From Cenarchaeum sp. (GTDB taxonomy: Archaea > Thermoproteota > Nitrososphaeria > Nitrososphaerales > Nitrosopumilaceae), in assembly GCA_965242695.1 (NCBI GenBank), contig CBDESU010000001.1, positions 1,888,001 to 1,952,000 of the forward strand: DNA of 64,000 nucleotides, given 5' to 3'. The stretch's first letter is position 1, and each line of letters begins with the position of its first letter. A program made the translations under genes and the position numbers. Of the stretch, positions 20,326-30,318 are shown one piece after another. The notes beneath the pieces were generated by a model. It made no database searches, was not told the origin of the DNA, and saw only the letters and a program-made list of their open reading frames with translations.

Positions 20326-20703
20326 TCAGAACACGCCGTACTTGCTAGACTCCATCTCTTCCTTGATGGCCAGCTTGAACCGCGGCGAGTCTGGCCCCGC
20401 CGCCATCTGCTCTAGCCACGTGAGGAACTTTTTGTCGAGCCCCTTGCCCCTTAGCCGGTCAAAGTCCGGCCCCATCTGGTCGGCGAGCCTCTGGACAATG
20501 TCGCGGCTGACGCTGACGACGAAGAAGTGCCACCCGAATGCAAACTCCGAGTCCGTCATGACTGCGACCTCGTCGGCGTAGCTCCAGCCGGGATCTGAGC
20601 CGCCGGCGTGGACCATGGCCTCTAGCCTGCCGAGGGCCCCGCGCAGGTCGCGGCTCGTCGCGTCGTAGTCTACGGCCGAGACGTTGATGTTGATGCGATC
20701 CAC
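20326..20703 (-). CDS. Hypothetical protein (host-like)
   Basis: GTG start at 20703 (VDRININVSAVDYD...TDSEFAFGWHFFVV...KYGVF) with TATTTAT at about 20727. Confidence 0.8.
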   Translation of the reverse strand: MDRININVSAVDYDATSRDLRGALGRLEAMVHAGGSDPGWSYADEVAVMTDSEFAFGWHFFVVSVSRDIVQRLADQMGPDFDRLRGKGLDKKFLTWLEQMAAGPDSPRFKLAIKEEMESSKYGVF

Positions 20704-20756
20704 GCCACCGGTGCGGCCCGGGCCGATAAATAGCCTGCGCGCGGGGCCCCCGCCTG

Positions 20757-21521
20757 CTACTCCGACATGAACAGCTTTCGTTGGCGGCTCAAAGAGGCGC
20801 CGAGCGCCTTTGTAGTGCGCATCGCATCGATGCTGGGCCCGCGTAGCCTCTGCTCGTGCGCGTCGTCGAGCATGTCGCGGGAGGCGGCGAGTATCTTTTT
20901 GTCGGCGCCGTCCAGGTCCATGCCGGCCGTAAGGCGGGCCGCGTCGATACCGGCGCCGTACCGTTCGGACGCGGCCTCTACGTACGCCCTGCTCAGCAGC
21001 ACCACGCCGCGCAGTGCGGGTCCCCTGCTGCGCTTCAGGTGGACATACTTTGCATGCTCGTACCTTGCAAACTCGGCCGCATGCTCGTGCTGGCTCATCG
21101 CCGACGTGTAGTGGATGAGCGAGACGGCGTGCGTGGTGAGCATCCGCGGGGCCATGTCTGGCATTCCGACCCACCCGTCGGCCGACTCTCCAAGCGACCT
21201 GATCGGGGCGTAGTCGAGATGCAGGTTGTCGTGCAGCAGGGCGTACTCCTGCGCTGCCACCCCCATCGCATTCTTGAGGATCGCCCGAACGACCGGCTTT
21301 TCGGAGAGGTTGATCATCGTCGTCGGCCTGCCGCCCACAATGCCGGTCTTCACGAGGTACTCGTCGGCGCTTCCGACCGTCACCAGCCTGTGCGAGTCTC
21401 CAAACGCGGCCTGAAACGCGGCCGAGAGCGCCCGCATCTGATCCTCGGGGAGGGCGCCCGAGAGCAGCTTGTCGATTAGGCCACGTGGAGGCAGCACGAG
21501 GGGCGCACGAGGGGCTGCCAT
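20757..21521 (-). CDS. Hypothetical protein
   Basis: Open frame with normal amino-acid composition from MAAPRAPLV; no motif recognised. Confidence 0.6.
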   Translation of the reverse strand: MAAPRAPLVLPPRGLIDKLLSGALPEDQMRALSAAFQAAFGDSHRLVTVGSADEYLVKTGIVGGRPTTMINLSEKPVVRAILKNAMGVAAQEYALLHDNLHLDYAPIRSLGESADGWVGMPDMAPRMLTTHAVSLIHYTSAMSQHEHAAEFARYEHAKYVHLKRSRGPALRGVVLLSRAYVEAASERYGAGIDAARLTAGMDLDGADKKILAASRDMLDDAHEQRLRGPSIDAMRTTKALGASLSRQRKLFMSE

Positions 21522-21612
21522 AAAAGTCAGCCGCGGGGGCGAGCCGCGCAGGGCGGCAGGGGCGCGGGAATGGGCGGCGCGCCTTTTTAGCACCGCCAGG
21601 GGCGGGCCGCGC

Positions 21613-22470
21613 ATGCGCGCACGGATCGCCCTCGGCGCCGCCGCTGCGCTCGGCGCCCTGGCGGCGTACACTATCCTCGTCGAGCCGGCCGCGCTCGAGG
21701 TGACGCACACCGTGATCGAGTCGGACCGGGTCGGCGAGCCGGTGCGGATCGCGTTCGTCGCAGACATGCAGAGGCGCGATGCGGACCCGTCATTCGTGGC
21801 GCGCGCCGTGGCCGAGATCAACGCGGCCGAGCCGGACATCGTGGCCATGGGCGGCGACTATATCGAGGCGTCGACGCCCGAGCTGCCGTCGATCGCCGCG
21901 CTAAGGGACGTCCGGGCGCCGGGCGGCGCGTTTGCCGTCCTCGGCAACCACGACTACGGCGTGTTCGGCCCCGAAAAGGAGTCCATGCGGGCCAACGAGC
22001 GGCTTGCGGCAGAGGTGGCTGGGTACCTGTCCGAGGGCGGCGCCGTCAGGGTGCTGCGCAACGAGGTCGCCGATGCGGCGGGCGGCCGCGTTCGGATCGC
22101 CGGCCTCGACTCGTACTGGGCAGGCATGCGAGACGAGTCGGCCCTCGATGCGCTGCGCGGCGAGGAGGCGTACCGCGTCGTGCTTGTCCACAACCAGGAC
22201 GGGATGGCGCTGGGATCAGAGTCTGCCCGGCCGGCCGACCTGTACCTGTTCGGCCACACGCACTGCGGGCAGGTGCGGCTGCCGCTGCTCGGCTCGGTCC
22301 CAAAGGCCCTCGGGTTCGAGGGCGAGTACGACTACCGCCACTACGAGGTGGCCGGCGGCTCGGCCCACGTGTACACCACATGCGGGCTGTCGCCGTGGCC
22401 GCGCCTCCTCAACCCGCCCGAGGTGTCCGTCATCGACGTCGTCCCCGCCGGTGCTGGGGCCGGCGGCTAG
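21613..22470 (+). CDS. Membrane-anchored metallophosphoesterase (YkuE-like)
   Basis: N-terminal TM, VADMQ, GGDY, VLGNHD, LVHN, GHTHCGQ. Confidence 0.92.
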   Translation: MRARIALGAAAALGALAAYTILVEPAALEVTHTVIESDRVGEPVRIAFVADMQRRDADPSFVARAVAEINAAEPDIVAMGGDYIEASTPELPSIAALRDVRAPGGAFAVLGNHDYGVFGPEKESMRANERLAAEVAGYLSEGGAVRVLRNEVADAAGGRVRIAGLDSYWAGMRDESALDALRGEEAYRVVLVHNQDGMALGSESARPADLYLFGHTHCGQVRLPLLGSVPKALGFEGEYDYRHYEVAGGSAHVYTTCGLSPWPRLLNPPEVSVIDVVPAGAGAGG

Positions 22471-23273
22471 GGCGGGCCGGCGGCCTCGGCGGCGGCGGCG
22501 CCTCCCCCCTCCGCCCGCTCCAGCAGGTGATCGGTCTCTATCCCGTAAAAGTTGCGCAGTATTCCCATGTACGTGCGGATCGACTCTGGCACCGCATCGC
22601 CGCAGGCCACGCCGAGGTTCCACGCGTTTATCCACATGACGAGCGTCTGCAGGATGGTCACGAACCGGTTGTTCTGCGCATCCGGCGGCTCGACGGCCCG
22701 GGTGTACAGCTCTGCGTGCTCCCACGCCGTCGCAAAGTCGACGCACCTTACGCCGAGGACCGCGAGGACCTGCTCGGCGACGCTGCCGGCGCGGCGCAGC
22801 GGAGTGCGGGTCAGCACGTACGGGAAGCGGACCGAGTCGGGCAGGCAGCCGTGCGGGGGCCCCCATACCGTGACTATCCGGCAGCCGTCGGGGAGATCGG
22901 CGAACCTGCGGGCAAGGCCGGCCGCCGCGTCCCCGTCGGCGAACCACGAGAGCACGACCGTCGCGCCGCCGAGCCCCGCCTCGAGGGCGTCGCCGCACAC
23001 GACGCTCGCGCCGCCGAGCCCCGCCGTCGCCGCGCGGGCCGCCTCGGCCATGGCGGGATCCGAGTCGATCCCGACGGCGCGCGACGCGCCGAACTCGGAG
23101 ATCGCCATGGCAAGGCCGCGGCCGTCGCCGCACCCGAGGTGGTACACTGTGTCGCCCTCGCCGGCCCCCGCAAGGCCGAGCATCTCGCGCAACGACCGCT
23201 CCGGGGGCTGCACCCGCTCGCCGGAGACGATGCCGCCGGGCAGCGACGCTATGTACTCTTCTAGCCTCATCAT
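22467..23273 (-). CDS. SAM-dependent methyltransferase
   Basis: VYHLGCGDG and AVGID class I motifs. Confidence 0.85.
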   Translation of the reverse strand: MMRLEEYIASLPGGIVSGERVQPPERSLREMLGLAGAGEGDTVYHLGCGDGRGLAMAISEFGASRAVGIDSDPAMAEAARAATAGLGGASVVCGDALEAGLGGATVVLSWFADGDAAAGLARRFADLPDGCRIVTVWGPPHGCLPDSVRFPYVLTRTPLRRAGSVAEQVLAVLGVRCVDFATAWEHAELYTRAVEPPDAQNNRFVTILQTLVMWINAWNLGVACGDAVPESIRTYMGILRNFYGIETDHLLERAEGGGAAAAEAAGPP

Positions 23274-23301
23274 GCCGCCTGGCCTGCCCCGCGGGGCCGA
23301 T

Positions 23302-23571
23302 TTATTCCCTTATGCTCTCGAGCTTTGAGACGGCCTGCCACAGCGTGACGCGCACGAACGACGGCATGTTTGGGTCCTGCGTAATGTCGTCAAGCGTGCT
23401 GATCGCGTTGGCGGCGCGCACCGACATAGAGTACTCGCCGCTCTCAAGCCCCGCCACAATGTCGACGATCGTCTTCTTTATCGTCTTGGGGGTCGTCGGG
23501 CTGTTGGCCACGCCCGTGAGCGTCTTGACCGACTCTTCCATCGACGCCTTGTTGCGCTGCTCGTCGGCCAT
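23302..23571 (-). CDS. UPF0147 family protein
   Basis: TTPKTIK...VRAANAISTLDDITQDPNMPSFVR. Confidence 0.9.
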   Translation of the reverse strand: MADEQRNKASMEESVKTLTGVANSPTTPKTIKKTIVDIVAGLESGEYSMSVRAANAISTLDDITQDPNMPSFVRVTLWQAVSKLESIRE

Positions 23572-23577
23572 GCCACC

Positions 23578-23889
23578 TCACACCTCCACGCACACGCGGC
23601 CGGACTCGACCGTGGTGGGGTACGACCCGAGCGGCCTGATCTTTGCCGGAAACTGCTCCAGCGCCCCCGTGCCGCAGTCGAACCTGGCTCCGTGCCACCC
23701 GCATACGACCGAGCACGACTCGATGCGGCCCTCGGACAGGCTCGCGCCGGCGTGCGTGCACGTGTCGTCAAACGCGGCAAACCTGCCGCCGCCCAGGTTG
23801 GCCACGGCAATGTCGCGGCCGCCGACGGTGAACTTTGCCATCGAGCCCTCGGCGATCTCGTCCGCTCCGCATACGGGAGTACTGGCCAT
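23578..23889 (-). CDS. Rieske [2Fe-2S] ferredoxin
   Basis: CTHAGASL and CGWHGARFD; ATG at 23889, TATA-like at about 23912. Confidence 0.92.
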   Translation of the reverse strand: MASTPVCGADEIAEGSMAKFTVGGRDIAVANLGGGRFAAFDDTCTHAGASLSEGRIESCSVVCGWHGARFDCGTGALEQFPAKIRPLGSYPTTVESGRVCVEV

Positions 23890-24233
23890 GGGCGCGCGCC
23901 CCCGGCTTGCCTTAATAGTTTTTGGGCGGGCCGGCGGGCGCAGGCGCCGCGGCCAGGGCCGCGGCCTCCCCCCTACCCCGCCCCGCCCCGCCAGGGGACG
24001 CCGCGGCCCCCCGAGCCGGCCAGGCCGCCTGCAGGTCCCGCCGCGGACCGGCTGTGTCTGCCGCCCCGGCGCAGGGCAGCCCGCCAGGCGCATGCCCGTC
24101 ATTCTCCCTCGCCCTTCCTCCCCCCCCCCGCTCAGCCGGCCTGCAGGTCCGCTGCAGGGCGGGGGCCGCCGGCGGCGGCGAGGGGGGCATGCGGCAGGAA
24201 GGCGCAGCGCGCCCTGCGGGCGGAGGGAGGCCG

Positions 24234-25160
24234 TCACGGCCGCCGCGCATCGCCGACTATGCGCACCGTGTTGCGGATGCTGCCGAGGCCCGTGATCGAC
24301 ATCTCGACGACGTCGCCGTCCTTTAGGTACTCTAGGCCGGGGTTGTTCATGACGACCCCCGACGGGGTGCCCGTCGAGATGACGTCGCCCTTTTCAAGCG
24401 TCATCGACCGGCTCAGCTTTGAGACGATGTCGAACGGCTTTATGTGCATGCCGCCGGCAAGCGCATCCTGCCGCACCTCGCCGTTGACGCGCGTCGTGAG
24501 GCGCAGCCCCTCGGGGTCGCCCGCCTCGTCGGCCGTCGTCACCCAGGGCCCGCACGGCGCGAACGTGTCGAACCCCTTGGCCCGGGTGAACTGCCCGTCC
24601 ATCGCCTGTATGTCGCGCGCCGAGACGTCGTTGAGTACCATGTACCCGAACACGGCCCCGCGCGCCTCGGCCGGCGAGACGTCCTTGCAGTCGCGCCCCA
24701 TGACCATTGCAAGCTCGATCTCGTAGTCGAGCTGGCCGACGAACCCGGGAGCGACGATCTCGGCGCCGCTCCCGCACAGGGCCGTTCGCGGCTTTATGAC
24801 CACGACGGGGTCGGACGTCGGGGCGCGGTCCTGCTCTTTTGCATGGTCGGCGTAGTTGAAGGCCAGGCACAGTATCTTTGGCGGCCTTGCGATCGGGGCG
24901 AGCAGGTCGAACGAGGACAGTTCCGCGCCGTGGGGCAGGGAGCCGAGGCGCCCGCGCACCTCGTCGAACCACCCGTCGAACATGAACTCGCGCGCGCCGG
25001 CCGGCAGCGGCACGCCGGTCTCGTACGTGATCTCCTCGCGCGTCGCCACGCGCCCCTCCCGGACGATCCCGTACGTCTCCCGGGCGGCGCCGTGCGCGGC
25101 CTCTGCTCCGCCGCCGGCCGCGCGCGGCCTGAGCCTTGCTATGCGGGCCATGCACGTCAC
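24234..25160 (-). CDS. Fumarylacetoacetate hydrolase family protein
   Basis: KILCLAFNY, DYEIEL, NDVSARD, AKGFDTF, GDVISTGTP. Confidence 0.93.
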   Translation of the reverse strand: MTCMARIARLRPRAAGGGAEAAHGAARETYGIVREGRVATREEITYETGVPLPAGAREFMFDGWFDEVRGRLGSLPHGAELSSFDLLAPIARPPKILCLAFNYADHAKEQDRAPTSDPVVVIKPRTALCGSGAEIVAPGFVGQLDYEIELAMVMGRDCKDVSPAEARGAVFGYMVLNDVSARDIQAMDGQFTRAKGFDTFAPCGPWVTTADEAGDPEGLRLTTRVNGEVRQDALAGGMHIKPFDIVSKLSRSMTLEKGDVISTGTPSGVVMNNPGLEYLKDGDVVEMSITGLGSIRNTVRIVGDARRP

Positions 25161-26929
25161 CTGTGTGCGAATACGGCCGCCGTGCGCGACTCCTTGCGGC
25201 AGTATCCGAACCGGACGAACTGGACGAGCGCGCCGTCCTCGACGCTCGCATAGTGCGGCTCTGCCAGGGCGCGCACCTCTTCAAGGCTGTTCTCGTCGAA
25301 CCTCTCGCCGTCGGGGAACGGCTCGCGCGGCACAAGGATGCGGATCTCGATCGAGCCGTCGCGCGGCACCCACTGTACGCGCGGCGCCCCGTCGCGCATG
25401 TCGTCGCCGTCGTACGAGCCGGACAGTCGGGCGCCGGCGCCGCCTGCGCCTATGCGCACGTTGCCCAGCCCCAAGAGCCGCACTGTAGAGCCGGGCGAGA
25501 GCTTGTCGGCATCGTCCTCCTCGATGCACACGGCGCCGCCGCCCGTGGGCACCTCCCTCGTGCCCATCGACTCGTCGGACGGGTGGTTGCGCAGCGCAAC
25601 CGCTGGGCCGCCCTCCCAGCCGGACACGTCGAGCTCGACGGGGCGCCTCACCATGAACAGGCGGATGCTCGAGGCGTCCACGGCCTTGCGGTTGAGCGCC
25701 TCCAGCGTGGCAAACGGCGCCGTCGTGTCGGCCTTTGTGAGGCCGAGCGACAGGACGAACCGCCGCACCGCATCAGGCGAGATGCCGCGCCTCTTGAGCG
25801 CCTCGAGCGTGGGCAGGCGCGGGTCGTCGTACCACGAGACCTTGCCGCTCTCGATGAGCGGGCGTATGATCCGCTTCGAGACAGGCATGCCCTTTAGCTC
25901 GAGCCGCGAGAATTCGATGACGCGCGGCGCGCGCATGCCGAGGCGGCCGAGCAGGTCGGCGTACAGCTCGTTGCGCAGCTCGTACTCCTTGGTGCGGAAC
26001 GCGTGCGTGACGCCGTCTGCGCTGTCCTCGACGGCGACGGCCATGTCGTAGCTGGGCCAGACGCGGTGCTTGGTCCCGAGCAGCGGGTGCCGCGCGCCGA
26101 TTATGCGGAACAGTACGGGGTCGCGCATTACGGTGTTCGGCGAGGACATGTCGCCGCGGAGGCGGGCGGCGGCCTCGCCAGGCTTGAACTTTGCAAACAT
26201 CTTTTCCCACCGCTCCGCATGATCATCCCTCGAGCGGCACTTGCACTCGGACATCTCGCGGCGGTTCTTGGAGACGCGGTCGCGCTTGCACGTGCACACG
26301 TACGCGTCGCCCGAGTCGACGAGCTGCTGCCCCCTTTCGGCGATCATCTCGATGTCGTCGGACGTGTTCTTAATCGAGTCGTACCCTACGCCGAGCCACT
26401 CGAGCCCGACCTTGATGGCCGCATAGTACTCTAGGCGCTCGCTCTCGGGGTTCGTGTCGTCCATGCGCAGCAGCATACGGCCGTCGTACATGCGCGCGTA
26501 CTCTTCGTTGATGATGGCAGCCTTTGCGTGGCCGATGTGCGGGTAGCCGTTCGGCTCGGGCGGGAACCTCGTGACGACCCTGCCGCGCTCGGCGCCCTCG
26601 AGCTCGGGCAGTCCCGTGCCGCGCGACGGGTCGGGGGCCTTGCCGGCCTGCTCGGCGGCGGGGGCCTCGGCGGCGCCGAGCGCGCCCGGCCACGCCTCCT
26701 CCAGCGCGGCGCGCTGGCGCTCGGGGTCCATTGCGTTGACCTCTTCGACTATCGGAGGGACGATGGACGAGGCAAGCTCGGCCGCGCGCGGCCGCAGGTC
26801 GGCGCGCGACCCGAGCAGCCTTGCGAGGACGACCTTTGGCATGGTCTTGCCGCCGTGCTGTACGGCGTTGAGCAGCGCCTGGCGGCGAGCCTCATCTGCC
26901 GCGCCGGTGCCGCTGTCGTCCCCCGACAT
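25157..26929 (-). CDS. gltX: Glutamate--tRNA ligase
   Basis: TRFPPEPNGYPHIGH, RMDDTNP, DDPRLPT, QFVRFGY; ATG at 26929 with TTTAAA at about 26954. Confidence 0.96.
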   Translation of the reverse strand: MSGDDSGTGAADEARRQALLNAVQHGGKTMPKVVLARLLGSRADLRPRAAELASSIVPPIVEEVNAMDPERQRAALEEAWPGALGAAEAPAAEQAGKAPDPSRGTGLPELEGAERGRVVTRFPPEPNGYPHIGHAKAAIINEEYARMYDGRMLLRMDDTNPESERLEYYAAIKVGLEWLGVGYDSIKNTSDDIEMIAERGQQLVDSGDAYVCTCKRDRVSKNRREMSECKCRSRDDHAERWEKMFAKFKPGEAAARLRGDMSSPNTVMRDPVLFRIIGARHPLLGTKHRVWPSYDMAVAVEDSADGVTHAFRTKEYELRNELYADLLGRLGMRAPRVIEFSRLELKGMPVSKRIIRPLIESGKVSWYDDPRLPTLEALKRRGISPDAVRRFVLSLGLTKADTTAPFATLEALNRKAVDASSIRLFMVRRPVELDVSGWEGGPAVALRNHPSDESMGTREVPTGGGAVCIEEDDADKLSPGSTVRLLGLGNVRIGAGGAGARLSGSYDGDDMRDGAPRVQWVPRDGSIEIRILVPREPFPDGERFDENSLEEVRALAEPHYASVEDGALVQFVRFGYCRKESRTAAVFAHR

Positions 26930-27397
26930 GCGCGACGGGGCGGCAGGCGGCGCTTTAAACCGTAGTCGGGGCCGGCGGCGCATCGCGGGCAAACGTCCAG
27001 TCCGTATTACACGCCAGCGGACCGAGGCGCTGCGCCCCGATGCGGCGCAAAGCAGTAGGCGGCGGGTGGCCTGAGCATACACTCCCGATCGGCAGGCATG
27101 CCACGATCAGCTCGGGTCACAGGCAGGGGCGCGGCGGAGACCGGCCAGCCGCGCGTGCAGGCGGCGGCAGGGCTTTGCTAGCGCCCATGGTCTGCCGTCG
27201 CACCTCCGGGAGGGTGCGCCTCCAGCCGCAGATGCAGCCCAGTGCCGAGCCAGTGCGAGCCGCAGACCGCGTCCTAGCGGACGGCAAGAATGTCCGCGGC
27301 ACTGCCGTCCCGCTGCCATGCCTGTCCCGTCGACTTGGATCCCGCGCACCATAGCAAGAGTGGTTTATATAATAAACCAGGAACCGGGTTTGTGAGC

Positions 27398-28126
27398 ATG
27401 CTCCAAAAGACCGCATACAGGGCAGGCCCCGCATCGGAGACCTCGGCCGCCCCGACCGTGGCAATGCCGAGGGAGGGCGAGATGTTCAGCGACGAAGAGC
27501 TTCATGCCAGGTTCGGCGTGCCGATGCAAGGCGGCATTCGCGTTAGCAGGGAGAACAGGTGCATAGTGCTTGTAGGCCGACCAAGTGGAGGAGTGGGCCA
27601 GATGGGCGCGGACCGCGGCGCCCGCATCCTGTACACGGGACAAGATTCCGATCGCACGGGCGCCCATGACCAAGAGATGTCCGGTGGGAATCTCGCCCTG
27701 AGCCGCTCGAAAAAGGAGGGATATACAGTCCTCTACTTCACAAAAGAGGGCGGCGGGATGGTGTTCAACTCTCGCGTAGAGTGCGACTCGCATGAATTTG
27801 AGTTCGGGGCAAGCTGGGGCGAGCAGCCCCGTACGGTGATCAGGTTCAACCTGCGGGCCGTAGGGAGAGATGATCAGGCCCTGCGGAAGCATGCCAGTGG
27901 TATAGAGCCAGCGAAAGAACACATAAAATCGGCTGCGCTGAGTGCCGCAGGCGGGCGGGCAAGGATCGAGGCAATAGACTCACCACCCTTGACGCCCGAG
28001 GAGATTTCCGCCATTAAGAAGTTCTTTGCCGGACCGGAACCCACCACTATATCCAAAGAAGAGTTTCTCAGCATCGTCACAGATGACAAAAAGCTTAAGG
28101 ATCGTATCCAACACTGGAATTCTTGA
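27398..28126 (+). CDS. SRA/YDG-like (ScoMcrA-type) modified-DNA reader domain protein with no nuclease domain
   Basis: LHARFGVPMQGGIR...IVLV...ILYTGQ...DQEMSGGNLAL...VLYF. Strong TATA TTTATATAATAAA at about 27364. Confidence 0.65.
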   Translation: MLQKTAYRAGPASETSAAPTVAMPREGEMFSDEELHARFGVPMQGGIRVSRENRCIVLVGRPSGGVGQMGADRGARILYTGQDSDRTGAHDQEMSGGNLALSRSKKEGYTVLYFTKEGGGMVFNSRVECDSHEFEFGASWGEQPRTVIRFNLRAVGRDDQALRKHASGIEPAKEHIKSAALSAAGGRARIEAIDSPPLTPEEISAIKKFFAGPEPTTISKEEFLSIVTDDKKLKDRIQHWNS

Positions 28127-28351
28127 CAGCACAAAAGTGTCGCATGCCTTTTAATTGTCATTGGTGATAATGATAGGTCTTACGAAGATTGATTGTTCAA
28201 ATTGCAAAATATATAACACTAGAGAGAAGCTTGACACAGTATCTTACACACTCCCGCACACATCACTGCCGTGCTAGGCTGTCCCACTGGTTCTCGCGTC
28301 CTACTAGCACAAAAACTCTAAATAGCCCCCTCCCCCCGTCTGCCCGTAAAA

Positions 28352-29335
28352 TTGAAAATGAGTGATTGTAAAGCGGCGGATGCGGTCTGGGCAGCTACAG
28401 CTAAACTGCATCGGGACAACCCAAACACCAAAGCGTTTTCTAGCGGAGAAATATACAACATGGTTCGAGAGTTAGGATTCACTAATATGGCAAAAAACAC
28501 GATCAAAAGTAATATTAATGCATATTGCGTGGCTAAACACCCTGTTCTTCCGAGTTACAAATATAGCCGAATGTACAGACACCGTAAGCTAGTCAAAGAA
28601 AATAAAAAGTACAGATTGTATTGCGATGGCGAGCCCTATGAGCCTATGAGGAAGGACGGTGCGATAGTGCCGGAAGAAGACCCACCAGGATGTCAAGGAT
28701 TTATCAAGTGGTACCGTGATGAATACTGCGGGGGCAAAACACCGTCGTCACCTAATGCATCGAATGATCCCGATCCCACCAATCCACAAACAGAGCGTGC
28801 AGTCACAAATCCCCAGTCCAATCACGATCAGGTATCCATCGTTGCTGGCAGCAAGTCGCAGAACCAGGCAGGTTTAAACAGGGGTGTAAAAGACGAACCG
28901 GTCGGCATAGTGATGCTCGCAAAAAAGGAGAGTGTTCCACCACCCAAGACGATCGAGGTAGTGACACGGTTTGTAAGGAACACAAAAGAAGTAAAACGAA
29001 TCAAAAATCTATATGATGACAGATGCCAAGTATGCGGATATACGATCGACATCCCGACAGGCAGATACAGTGAGGTTCACCACCTCCATCCACTCGGGGA
29101 AAAGGGCTGCGATGACAGTTCCAACATGATAGTCTTGTGTCCCACACATCATGTCGAATTTGACTACGCGGTGGCAGGCATCACCGATGACGGCATCAGT
29201 GTAGTCGACAGGTATGGCAAAACCGTGCGTAAGATGAGCATGCCATTAAAGCATCCACTTGACCAAAAAAACATAAAGCATCACCGAGAGAGAATGCGGC
29301 GTGCGGGTGCATCTAGGATGAGCCGGCGGGACTAG
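28352..29335 (+). CDS. HNH endonuclease with N-terminal DNA-binding-like domain (Type IV/McrA-like)
   Basis: RN...IKNLYDDRCQVCG...YSEVHHLHPL...NMIVLCPTHHVEFD; lower GC than the host. Confidence 0.88.
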   Translation: MKMSDCKAADAVWAATAKLHRDNPNTKAFSSGEIYNMVRELGFTNMAKNTIKSNINAYCVAKHPVLPSYKYSRMYRHRKLVKENKKYRLYCDGEPYEPMRKDGAIVPEEDPPGCQGFIKWYRDEYCGGKTPSSPNASNDPDPTNPQTERAVTNPQSNHDQVSIVAGSKSQNQAGLNRGVKDEPVGIVMLAKKESVPPPKTIEVVTRFVRNTKEVKRIKNLYDDRCQVCGYTIDIPTGRYSEVHHLHPLGEKGCDDSSNMIVLCPTHHVEFDYAVAGITDDGISVVDRYGKTVRKMSMPLKHPLDQKNIKHHRERMRRAGASRMSRRD

Positions 29336-30318
29336 CGGCTCCTCTCCACCACAAAGTCGAGCAGTGAAGACAACTCGGCCGCGGCCGGCCCCGTCCTGCC
29401 CGCAAGCGACCGGCGCGCCTTGCCCGCGTACAGGGAGGCCCTGCGGCGGACCTCCCCGTCTATCCCCATGCCGCGTATGGCCGCCACGGCGGCGGCCAGA
29501 TCGGACTTGGAGGCGCGCCTGTTGCCGAGGCACTTTTCAATCAGCTTCTTGTCTGGGCCGGCGGCCGACTCGGTCGCCATCAGTATGGGCAGCGACTTTT
29601 TGCCCTCGCGCAGGTCGTTGCCGACGGGCTTTTTCGTCACCGCGGGGTCGCCCATGACGCCGATCAGGTCGTCGGTAATCTGGAATGCGATGCCCAGGTT
29701 GCGGCCGAACGAGGCGAGCCGCGAGACGTCGCGGCGCGGCGCGCCGGCGCAGATGGCGCCCATCGCGCACGCCGCGTCGAACAGGGCGGCGGTCTTCTTG
29801 GAGACCATCTCGAGGTATTCGCCCTCGGACGGCGTATGGGCGCTGCCGGCCATCTCCATGTCGAGCATCTGCCCCTCGCAGACCATCGTGCACGCAGCGG
29901 CAAGCCGCGCCGCCAAAAGGGCCGACCGCTCGGCGCCGACCCGCGGGCCCAAGACTGCCTCGAACGCCTTTGAGAACAGCACATCGCCGGCCAGTATGGC
30001 CACGGGCGTTCCGAACCTGCGGTGGACGGTCGGCACGCCGTGGCGCACCTCGTCGTTGTCCATGATGTCGTCGTGGACCAGGGTAAAGTTGTGGACCATC
30101 TCGACGGCGGAGGCGGCAGGCATGGCCGCGGCCGCCGTCCCGCCTAGCGCCTCGCAGCTCTTGATTGCCATGTGGGGGCGCAGGCGCTTGCCGCCGCTTG
30201 CGACAAGGTGCGTCGCCGCCTCGTACAGCCCCCGCGGGCGGCCGCGCCCCATGCGCGCGGCAATGTCGGCGCTCACGCGAGCCGCGCTGCGCTCGAGCGC
30301 GGTCCCTTTTCCGCTCAC
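29332..30318 (-). CDS. idsA: Geranylgeranyl diphosphate synthase / polyprenyl synthetase
   Basis: GGKRLRP, LVHDDIMDNDEVRHG, GQMLD, KTA, FQITDD. Confidence 0.93.
   Translation of the reverse strand: MSGKGTALERSAARVSADIAARMGRGRPRGLYEAATHLVASGGKRLRPHMAIKSCEALGGTAAAAMPAASAVEMVHNFTLVHDDIMDNDEVRHGVPTVHRRFGTPVAILAGDVLFSKAFEAVLGPRVGAERSALLAARLAAACTMVCEGQMLDMEMAGSAHTPSEGEYLEMVSKKTAALFDAACAMGAICAGAPRRDVSRLASFGRNLGIAFQITDDLIGVMGDPAVTKKPVGNDLREGKKSLPILMATESAAGPDKKLIEKCLGNRRASKSDLAAAVAAIRGMGIDGEVRRRASLYAGKARRSLAGRTGPAAAELSSLLDFVVERSR

Noticed and set aside
20326-21708. 460-aa ORF as a single gene
   Set aside because: Only the last 125 aa are protein-like and have their own TATA; the rest is an Arg-rich off-frame overlap of the neighbouring gene.
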